Shown in pieces: positions 15,401 through 23,600 of a stretch of DNA of 64,000 nucleotides (its first letter is position 1; the number at the start of each line of letters is the position of its first letter). Source of the DNA: a virus. Location: the IMG/VR virus record IMGVR_UViG_3300023180_000018. One strand, written 5' to 3'. The translations under genes were made by a program, and so were the position numbers. The notes below the pieces were generated by a model. The model was not told where the DNA came from and made no database searches. It saw nothing but the letters and a program-made list of their open reading frames with translations.

Positions 15401-16627
15401 AATGCCAAATGTAAGCGCATCTTGTTTTGCATTCCAAGTAGCAGCAGATGAAATGTAAGCATCGGCAATCGCTGTACCTTGCCAAGTACCTGAAGTGATA
15501 GTACCTACTTCAGTAATTGCTAGTGAATTAATATCTGCTTGTGTTTGATCTGCTGTTGCGTTAGTTTCAATACCTTCGAGCTTTGTTACTTGCTCGTCCG
15601 TCATTGCGCCCCATGCAGAAGTATTTGCCGCAGGAATACTTGCGTTTGTTCCAGTGCTGCTTGTAATTTCTAAAGCAGTATCATTCGCAGTTGCGGTTAA
15701 ATCTGTTACACCAGTTGGTAGAGTAAAATTGTTTGCTTGAACTGCAGTAACGTGACCTCTTGCATTTGTAGTGACAGAAGAAATAGCAGTAAACGTACCT
15801 TCATTAGCAAGAGTATTATTTCCCGCAGTAGGATCTGATCTTGTTACATCAGCGTGATTAATAACAATGTCAGTTTCTGTTGATTTATCGGCTGTAAAAT
15901 CACCGCCGGTAATTGTTAAACTTATTTCTGTTCCTTCGTTAATATCCAATAAACCATCATTAGGTACAGCGCCAGCGGGTAGTGTAAATGTATTTGCCTG
16001 AATTGCTGTAACATGCCCGCGAGCATTTGTTGTTACACCAGTAATCGCGCTAAATGTACCTTCATGTGTAAGTGTATCTGCGCCTGCAGCTGGATCTGAT
16101 CTTGTTACATCAGCGTGATTAATAACAATGTCAGTTTCTGTTGATTTGTTTGCAGTAAAATCGCCACCAGTAATAGTAAGAGCAATCTCTGTGCCTTGGT
16201 TTATATCAAGTAATGCGTCATTAATATCAGACGGGACTGCGTATCTTCCATCTAAATTTATAACAACGTCTGATAATTGTCCAGATCTTGTTAGAGTAAG
16301 ATTGCCATCTCCTGTTCCAAAACTTCCACCGTCGACGTAATTATCTGTGGTTGAAACTGTTTGGAAAGTTAAAGTACCTTCGCCGTCGGTTACGAGAATT
16401 TGTGCATTAGCGCCATCTGATGTTGGAAATGCATAATCTCCAATTTGAAAAGAAGAAACATTTGCACCTATTTCGAAAAGGGTTGTTCCATCTGTAGAAT
16501 AAAGAATTCTATCATTGACGTTAATGGCTAATTCGCCGACATCAATAAATGCAGAATCTTCAGTATTTGCAACTTCTGGTAGATTGCCCGCAACATTTGT
16601 GCGTTTTATTTGAAATTTAGTAGCCAT
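12449..16627 (-). CDS. Long tail fibre protein with internal repeats
   Basis: N-terminal FQIKRT...GELAINVNDRILY; repeated GT(I/V)xxGTW(Q/N)G, ATADQTQADINALAI, QTFTGAKTF modules. Confidence 0.85.
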   Translation of the reverse strand: MATKFQIKRTNVAGNLPEVANTEDSAFIDVGELAINVNDRILYSTDGTTLFEIGANVSSFQIGDYAFPTSDGANAQILVTDGEGTLTFQTVSTTDNYVDGGSFGTGDGNLTLTRSGQLSDVVINLDGRYAVPSDINDALLDINQGTEIALTITGGDFTANKSTETDIVINHADVTRSDPAAGADTLTHEGTFSAITGVTTNARGHVTAIQANTFTLPAGAVPNDGLLDINEGTEISLTITGGDFTADKSTETDIVINHADVTRSDPTAGNNTLANEGTFTAISSVTTNARGHVTAVQANNFTLPTGVTDLTATANDTALEITSSTGTNASIPAANTSAWGAMTDEQVTKLEGIETNATADQTQADINSLAITEVGTITSGTWQGTAIADAYISSAATWNAKQDALTFGIADTNSVVINSATVADNDYAKFTATGLEGRNASEVKTDLSLNNVENTALSTWPGSTNITTLGTIATGTWQGTDVAVAHGGTGASDAATARTNLDVDQAGTINYIHPTPTRSDTTSTDAPAYGGTFEAVTSVTSDANGHITAIDVSTVTIPASDNTDEDVSVANLRTRLGQISTDTTIGDAADVQLTMSGDVIVSGNLTVSGTTTTINSNEVNIGDSILILNSDETGTPSQNGGIELERGTSANVLLQYNETNDRWEFTNDGSTYHNIATGVEDGATADQTQADINALAITQVGTISSGTWQGSVIASAYLDSDTAHLSGTQTFTGAKTFSGGITLDTITGSTQASTIDFDDDASGNGTNATSIKSLAGLNLYFDANDNDSSELQIFHGSAEIAAFDASGNFTLTGTVDGVDIAALNTTVSGKQDALTFGIADTNSVVIDSATVADNDYAKFTASGLEGRSASEVKTDLSLNNVENTALSTWAGSTSITTLGTISSGTWNGSVIASAYLDSDTAHLTGAQTFTGAKTFSGGLVASGGISGFDINNGISGTNFNITGVNQLEIADPGEGFVFKAGASGDMTLAIVDDSSDNILRYSGSGAVFDVQGNITLTGTVDGRDVATDGTKLDTIDTNANAYTHPNHTGDVTSTGDGATVIADDAVTYAKMQNLVTGNRLLGGTAAGLIGEVQVAAEMIADDAVSNDKLSNMSNNTIKGNNTGSAANPVDLTAAEVRALINVEDGATADQTQADINALAITQVGTITSGTWQGSAISTAYISNLSGTNTGDEPAASTTVSGIVELATIAETNTGTDATRAVTPDGLGGWTGSSNVTTLGTIATGTWNGSVIASDYLDADTAHLTTTQNFTGAKTFTSDSGITVRSATNGAGATIDFSDHASGSYGQVGTIQYLHSDGAVTTTGGNSTDGWIFSGTETRTVVKVVGDIEATADMYSGGDIELITNGSAVKVNNTPGTWSMYEDAAGDLIFDFA

Positions 16628-16677
16628 ATTGTTCTCTATATAGATATAAACAATAACTTATATAAGTTACCCTATTT

Positions 16678-16685
16678 TATTTATA
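16678..16685 (-). promoter_or_regulatory. Late promoter TATAAATA
   Basis: Exact consensus upstream of the 1392-aa fibre gene. Confidence 0.7.
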
Positions 16686-17307
16686 CAAACTTTGGCCCGT
16701 AAACCCACCAAACAATTGACTTTCTTAGTCCAGTTTTTACTCTACCAACTCGATGTAAAGTCCAGGAAGGAAATGCAATTAAAGTATTTCTTTTTTGTTC
16801 TAACGTAGTTAGTACACCAGAATCCATTATTTGGAATTTTCCACCTTTATATTCTTCTGGATCTGATAGAATTAAACTAAAACTTAATTTTCTATGCATT
16901 GCAGAATTCATTTCTAAATTTGTATTTAAATCTGAAAATTTATCACAATGTAAAGAATAGTGTTGACCTTTATAATACGATGTCAATTGTATAAAATTAA
17001 AACCAGTTAGATTAAATCCAAAATAAGCATCATTGATACTTTCTGTTAATGTATAGAGAGAATGGAACGCAGCAATAGATAATTCATTTGTATCATCGTA
17101 GTTATAAAAACTTAAATTAGAAGATCTAATTTTTGAGTCTTTTATTCCATCACTACTGTCGATACCATCTTTTCTTATTGCTTGAGGATCTGTTGAATTA
17201 AAATATTCTTCTAAAATATTTAATTCGTCTTCTGGCATAGCATTTTCAAAAATTAAATAATCTTCTTGACATAATAATTTTTTTTCTGGATAGGGCGTTA
17301 ATGGCAT
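16681..17307 (-). CDS. 2OG-Fe(II) oxygenase (prolyl-4-hydroxylase-like)
   Basis: Y.LHCD, RKLSFSLILSDPEEYKGG, FPSWTLHRV, RKSIVWWVYGP. Confidence 0.92.
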   Translation of the reverse strand: MPLTPYPEKKLLCQEDYLIFENAMPEDELNILEEYFNSTDPQAIRKDGIDSSDGIKDSKIRSSNLSFYNYDDTNELSIAAFHSLYTLTESINDAYFGFNLTGFNFIQLTSYYKGQHYSLHCDKFSDLNTNLEMNSAMHRKLSFSLILSDPEEYKGGKFQIMDSGVLTTLEQKRNTLIAFPSWTLHRVGRVKTGLRKSIVWWVYGPKFV

Positions 17308-17335
17308 AATATAATTCCATAATATAAAATACTAT

Positions 17336-18280
17336 TTATGTATTTTTTAAAGCATCTATTTCGGCTTTGAGTGCTTTGCACACTGATATTAAAAACGCAG
17401 ATAGTTTTTGATAATCTACAGCTTTAAATCCATTTTCACGAGTTTCAACTAATGTAGGTTGTATTTCTTCAATTTCTTGTGCAATTACACCAATAGCGTG
17501 ACCGGTTTGTTGATGAATATCTGGAAAAGGAATCCAATCATATTCATATCCATTTATTTGATCTAACTTAGATAAAGCATCAGTGATAGGAGTAATATTT
17601 TCTTTTAATCTTTGATCCGAAGAAGCAAACGCTGTAACATCACCGGTACAAGAAAGTGCACCTACGATTCTACTATTTCCATTAACATGTAAAGCATATG
17701 CGCCGGGAGCAGTATTAACGCCTACTCTAGTTGCAGTTGTATCAACGTGTAAAATTGGAGTTGCAACAGCACCAAATACTGTATTTCCACCAGTAACATT
17801 AAGTACTTCATCTGCAGAAAGATATTTAAAAACTACGTCTGAACCAGTTCCAAAGTTGATAGCTTGATCGTCAACTAAAGTAACACTACCTTTTCTCATA
17901 CGAACATTTGCAGCTATATGATTTTCAGGATCAGGATCAGAAACATCACCAAAACTCAATGTTTTTTCTGCGGTACCAAAATATTCATCATCTTCATCTG
18001 AGCGTAAAAACTGGCTTGAAGATAAACCTCCGACTGCAGATCCATTTACATTAGTTAATTGAGAACCATTTCCAAAGAAATACGGCGCTACAACATTTGC
18101 AGCAGCTTCAATAGCATTTTGTGTATTTCCACTGTGTGATTGCCCAATCGACATTACGCCATTAGTACCATCAACATAAAATTTATTAGTGTTTACTGTA
18201 ATATTAGCATCACCTATAACGACGTCGCCGTCTGTAGTTAAGCCTTCTAATACTTCAAATTTTATTGCTTGATTTGCCAT
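17336..18280 (-). CDS. Tail fibre protein with S74 chaperone domain
   Basis: GDVTAFASSDQRLKENI...GVIAQEIE...VDYQKL. Confidence 0.88.
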   Translation of the reverse strand: MANQAIKFEVLEGLTTDGDVVIGDANITVNTNKFYVDGTNGVMSIGQSHSGNTQNAIEAAANVVAPYFFGNGSQLTNVNGSAVGGLSSSQFLRSDEDDEYFGTAEKTLSFGDVSDPDPENHIAANVRMRKGSVTLVDDQAINFGTGSDVVFKYLSADEVLNVTGGNTVFGAVATPILHVDTTATRVGVNTAPGAYALHVNGNSRIVGALSCTGDVTAFASSDQRLKENITPITDALSKLDQINGYEYDWIPFPDIHQQTGHAIGVIAQEIEEIQPTLVETRENGFKAVDYQKLSAFLISVCKALKAEIDALKNT

Positions 18281-18283
18281 TTA

Positions 18284-18697
18284 TTAGATCCTAAAAATGC
18301 CAGAAGTATTCCAAGTGACGTCAATATTACCGCCACTAGGAGTAATTGGAAAACCTGTAATACCAGTATCTAACCACGCTACTAATCTAGATGTTGTTGT
18401 AACTGATGTGTCAATCCAAATGAGTAATGCTTCACATGGATCGCCGGCAGGAACAGATAAGAACGATACATCATCAGCGTTAAAAATACCATCTGTAACT
18501 GTTTTATTAGATAAAGTTATTGTAGAAATAATACTAGCACCAGGAATATCTGAATAGAAAGTATCTGTTGGATCATACGTTCCACCAGCAACACCAGTAT
18601 CAATTAATGAAACTTTAACGGTAGAAGTGCTAAGAGCTGTATCAGAATCTCCATTCAATAATGCTTGCTTATAATCTGGATATATCGCATTAGCCAT
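18284..18697 (-). CDS. Putative virion structural protein
   Basis: MANAIY..YKQALL...DADDV-like SF...GFPITPSGGNIDVTWN; lies in the fibre cluster. Confidence 0.6.
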   Translation of the reverse strand: MANAIYPDYKQALLNGDSDTALSTSTVKVSLIDTGVAGGTYDPTDTFYSDIPGASIISTITLSNKTVTDGIFNADDVSFLSVPAGDPCEALLIWIDTSVTTTSRLVAWLDTGITGFPITPSGGNIDVTWNTSGIFRI

Positions 18698-18893
18698 CTA
18701 CTTTTTCCTCTTTTTCTTCTGTTTCAGTTTGTTGTGGTGTTAATTGACTAATTTGTGTTTGTAAGTTATCAATAACTTCTTTTGCAACCTGTAATTGTGT
18801 TTCTAAGTTAATAACATCAGCTAATGCTGCGTTTAGTTTTCCTTGTTGTACTTGTACATATTTGTTAATAAAATCAACTTGTCCAGCTTCCAT
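18690..18893 (-). CDS. Small coiled-coil protein
   Basis: 67-aa ORF, Q/L heptads, coupled to neighbours. Confidence 0.7.
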   Translation of the reverse strand: MEAGQVDFINKYVQVQQGKLNAALADVINLETQLQVAKEVIDNLQTQISQLTPQQTETEEKEEKVDG

Positions 18894-18911
18894 AATTTAT
18901 TCACCTTTTAT

Positions 18912-20066
18912 TTAAAATGTTCCTCCGTCCAAACTTGTAAATGTCGGGACACCGCTTGCATCTAATTGTAATACGTCATATGCTACACCAGCAACCTCAG
19001 CAAGAGCGCTAGTACCTTGACCATACAATAAAGAATTTGTTGTTACACTAGATTTTCCAGTACCACCATGTTCTACTGCAAGATCTGATGTTAATGTTAA
19101 TGACGCTGCAGCTAAAGCACCCATATCTACTGGAGCTAATGTACCGGTACCTACAGTATCACCTGTAGGCTCAGTCGCTAATCCAGTGATAAATTTAAAA
19201 GTACCTGCATCTGATGCATCTCTAAATAACCCTGCGTATTTAGTACCAGTATCATCGTATTCACCATAAAATCCAAAATCTACTGCATCTGTTTGGTTAT
19301 TAGAAGCTAACTTAATCATGTTATCTTCTACTGCTAACGTTGACGTAGTAATCTCGGTAATGCTACCTTGTACATATAAATTACCAGTAGCTGTAATATC
19401 TCTAAACGTTACATCATCTGTAGTTGCAACTGGCTGTCCAATATTAATGCCAGTACCATCTACAGTAACGCCCGTACCGCCAACCGCATATAAACCTGAA
19501 GAATTGGCTAATAAACCGTCTTGTGCATCTACCGCTACATCATCAGCGTTTACAGTAATACCATTACCAGTTCCTACGGTAAGTGTTCTACTTATTGTAA
19601 TATCACCACCGCCGGTTAAACCAGAACCGGCAGTAATATTAACAGCAGAATGATCAATGTGTTCATTCGATACGAAGTTAATTAAAGCATCGTGATCAAT
19701 CGCAGCATCTCTGGCATCTACATAAGCTTTAATTGATTCAGAAGATGCAATAGAAGTATTTGAAACACCTGTAGTCATAGTATCATCATCAATGATACTA
19801 GTAATACCGTACGGCGTGCCACTTGGTCCTAACGTTACTTTAGAAGTTTTTACTTCATCAATAAATGAAATTGAATTTGCGACTAATGCTTGATTAGCTG
19901 TTAAGACTCCTGGAAATCTTTCACCGGCAATTGCAGTTACTGCACTAAAATTACCAATATATAATACGTCACCATTGCCAGACCACGCTAACTCACCATT
20001 GGCTAAACTTAAAGGTTCAGCAACGGTTTCAGATCTTTTAATTTGTATTAAGTTTTGTGTTGCCAT
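18912..20066 (-). CDS. Tail fibre / adaptor protein
   Basis: IQIKRS...LANGELAWS N-terminus, TLAVEDNMIKLA...DFGFYG, C-terminal LDGGTF. Confidence 0.8.
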   Translation of the reverse strand: MATQNLIQIKRSETVAEPLSLANGELAWSGNGDVLYIGNFSAVTAIAGERFPGVLTANQALVANSISFIDEVKTSKVTLGPSGTPYGITSIIDDDTMTTGVSNTSIASSESIKAYVDARDAAIDHDALINFVSNEHIDHSAVNITAGSGLTGGGDITISRTLTVGTGNGITVNADDVAVDAQDGLLANSSGLYAVGGTGVTVDGTGINIGQPVATTDDVTFRDITATGNLYVQGSITEITTSTLAVEDNMIKLASNNQTDAVDFGFYGEYDDTGTKYAGLFRDASDAGTFKFITGLATEPTGDTVGTGTLAPVDMGALAAASLTLTSDLAVEHGGTGKSSVTTNSLLYGQGTSALAEVAGVAYDVLQLDASGVPTFTSLDGGTF

Positions 20067-20084
20067 CTAAGACTCCAATTTAAT

Positions 20085-20330
20085 TTAGAAGCTTCCACCA
20101 TCCATATAAGCTAGTTTTATTTCATATTTTTGATTACTAGAATTATATTGGAGAGTGGCTCCATCTACTTTATTTACCTCAGTTACGCTTTCAATAGATT
20201 TTAAATCAGACAATACAATATCCTTTACAGTGTTTCTTAAAGTTAAAGGGGCGCTTGTTTGCAAACGACCAGCACTGTTATTGATATCAATTTCAAGACC
20301 GTATGATCTTTGAAAATTTTGATCTGCCAT
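20085..20330 (-). CDS. Small fibre-associated protein
   Basis: DGATLQYNSSNQKY...MDGGSF C-terminus. Confidence 0.7.
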   Translation of the reverse strand: MADQNFQRSYGLEIDINNSAGRLQTSAPLTLRNTVKDIVLSDLKSIESVTEVNKVDGATLQYNSSNQKYEIKLAYMDGGSF

Positions 20331-20353
20331 TTAAATCTCCAACTATTTGTTAT

Positions 20354-20361
20354 TATTTATA
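20354..20361 (-). promoter_or_regulatory. Late promoter TATAAATA
   Basis: Exact consensus in intergenic gap. Confidence 0.75.
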
Positions 20362-20691
20362 TTAAATTTTAGTTACACCAGGATTTACTGTTAAAATACC
20401 TTCTATAATTCTAGAAACAAGTCCTAAATCATTAGTCAATTCAACATCATAAACATATCTTCCAGGCTCCATTGAATTTGTAGTTGTAGAATCTAGTGTT
20501 AATGTAACAGTACCGTCGGGAACACTTAAAGCTACACCAATATTAATCGCAGTAGAAGAAGTATAATATCTTCTAATTTGACCTGCTCCAGTATATCCTT
20601 GTAGATCTATTGCAGCACCATCTTCTTTTAATGTAATAACAGTTTCCCAATCAGCACCTTGATCTATATTTAAATTTGCTTTCGTTGCCAT
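20362..20691 (-). CDS. Conserved virion protein (BppU-N-like Ig fold)
   Basis: ANLNIDQGADW...IDLQGYT...PGRYVYDVEL...RIIEGILTVNPGVT. Confidence 0.75.
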   Translation of the reverse strand: MATKANLNIDQGADWETVITLKEDGAAIDLQGYTGAGQIRRYYTSSTAINIGVALSVPDGTVTLTLDSTTTNSMEPGRYVYDVELTNDLGLVSRIIEGILTVNPGVTKI

Positions 20692-23600
20692 TAAGTTGTC
20701 TCTATTTTAACTACATTAAATCTATGTATATCTGTTCCTGTTGCATCAGGACAGTTTGCATTTAAAATAATATGACTATTGTTTGTTGTTGGTGTAATTG
20801 TTACATCTATGCTATTACTTATTTCGCCATATCTGGAGAAAAATACATCTGTTCCATTATGTACACACATAATTTCTACACCATACGCACTCGTAGCATC
20901 ATTTTCATTTCTACCCTGTACAATATACTTGAATCCTCGAGATTCACTGAAAGGTAAACTATCAATTTCTTGATCGCCTGTAGCAGTAACTGCGGTTTCA
21001 GTTGCTAACATAGCAACACCGTTTGCAGTTAATACTTCAATTTCTAGTGAAAAGATATTTGCTACACCTTCAACAATAATATTTGTAAATGTTGCATTAG
21101 CGTTAAAATCTGATTCTGCATTAACTGTTAAAGTATCAGCGCCATCACTACCTAAAACAGTATTATTATTAACAGTTAATGCATTAATATTTGCATCATT
21201 ACCAAAGATATCCCATCTTAATGACGATGAACCTAAATCATCACCTGAAGTTGCAGGATATAAGTATGTTGCTACAGAAGTATTAGAAAGGAATGCATCC
21301 CACCTATGAGTTGAATCTCCAAGATCTTGTCCTGTTTCGTTCGGTTTTGCTGTACTTCCAAATGTTACTGCGCCAGTGAGCGTTGAAGAAGAAGTTACTG
21401 TAGCAGTACCAGTAACTTTAAATGCTTCTGTTGGAGTATCAGTTCCACCTACATGCAATTTGGATGAAACATAACCACTACCATCAACGTTAAGGCCATC
21501 GCTAACTGCGGTGCCTGTTACATTTACGCCGGTGTCTGACGTTTGTAATTTGCTAGCAGCTGCATAATATAATTCAACAGCCCCGTCAGCAGTCATATCA
21601 ATGTAGTTTCCACCTTCTGTATTTTCGATAACTACATTATTGCCTTGTACTATTAAACTTCCAGCACCATTTTCCGTGATGTATGAATGGTTATCAGCAC
21701 TACTATGATACAATTGAAAATCTTGCTCGTCGCCTAATTGTAATTTATCGTTATCACCCGCAACAAAACCATCGGCAACAACATTACCCGTAACAGTGAT
21801 ACCACCTGCCTGTGTATCTAACTTTGCAACACTATTATGATATAGTGTTGCTTCACCGCCAGCAGTACCGACAAAATAATTTCCACCTTCAGTGTCTTCT
21901 ATAACTACACCATTAGCTTGAAGTGCTAAAGAACCTGTACCAGATTCTCGAACATATGAAGTTGTACCATCATTAAAAATTTCCATCGTGGTGCCAAGAG
22001 TAACTTTCTCGCTGTTACCCATTGTTAAACCATCAGAAATAATTGTGCCTGTTACCGTAACACCAGTATTAGTTGTTTGTAATCTTGCGGTTGCAGCAGA
22101 ATATAGAATTGCCGAAGTATTTGTACCGCTTGCAGATATAATTGGTGTAATACCGCCAGAACCATTGTCTGATGAAATAATTACATCTGCATTATCAGCA
22201 TTATTTGTAATGTTTAAATTGCCAGTTTTATTTGTAATAAGAGAAGCTGTACCATTATGATATAATTCTAGATCTTGAGCAGCACCTAGCTGTACTCTTT
22301 CATTGTCGCCTGCGACAAAACCATCTGATACAACATTACCGGTAACAACAACACCACCTGTTGCAGTAGCTAATTTAGCAGCGCCGGCATAATATAAATT
22401 TAAAGCCCCACCAGCCGCCATATCAATATAATTTCCACCTTCTGTATTTTCAAGGATCATATTATTACCTTGAAGTACTAATGAACCGCCGCCTGATTCT
22501 TTGATGATAGAATTGCCTGATGCTTCATGGAAAATTTGTAAATCTTGAGAAGCACCTAGTTGTAATTTTTCTCCATCTCCTGCAACGAAACCATCTGATA
22601 CAACGTTACCGGTAACTGTAATTCCACCGGCCTGAGTAGTAAGTTTTTGTGCATTATTGTGATACATCACGACCGCGCCATTTAATGTTGCAGTAACATA
22701 TGCTTCTGAACCGGTATGACTTCTTACTTCTAGCTTATCAGTAAATAAATTTGTATTAGTGGAACCTCTGACATCTAAAATCGCAGTATTGATATTTGCT
22801 CGTGCGCCAGTATGATAAATTGAAAGATCTGCATCAGTTCCCATCGTAATAAAGTTATTATCATCAAAATTAAGGGTATTAGCTGATTTATCCCATGTAA
22901 GAGTATTAACTGAGGTAGAACCTTCAATGCTAATATCATCTTCGAATAGTGAAGTACTTCTTACACGCAGTGTACTTGTATTAGCTAAATCAGTAATATG
23001 AACTTGATTATTATTAGCTAATAGCGCTGGTGAATCGTCTGGCGAATATAGATAGGTTCCAACACCATCATCGCCAACAAGGTAACGCGACGCATCTGCA
23101 GCGCGCAATGTAAGATCTGTTGCTTGGATAATTAATGAACCAGTTCCTGACTCAGAAATGATAGAATTATTTGCAGCAGCATCAAAATAAATTTCTAATT
23201 CGCCGTCTGTACCAAATGTTGCTTTCGCGTTATCATTCCAATTCATTGTACGTGTTGTAGCAGTCCATGTTAATGCATCTTCATTTGTTGATACCGCATC
23301 AGATTCAAACTTAACATTAGATTGAACACGCAATGTATCTGTATTTGCTTCACCTTCGATTTCAACACCATAAGACTTAGTAGCAAGTTTTTGTGTACCA
23401 TAATGATAAAGAACAACATCACCGCTACTACCATCGGCTCTAATATAATCTGCTACGCCACCGTTGCTGTCGTCTGTAGCAATAAGAATATCGGCGTTAT
23501 CAGCATTATTTTTAATAACAATGTTGCCAGTAGAGTTGTCAATTCGTGAAGTAGTAGCATCGTGATAAATAGATAAATCACCACTCGTACCAAAAGTAGC

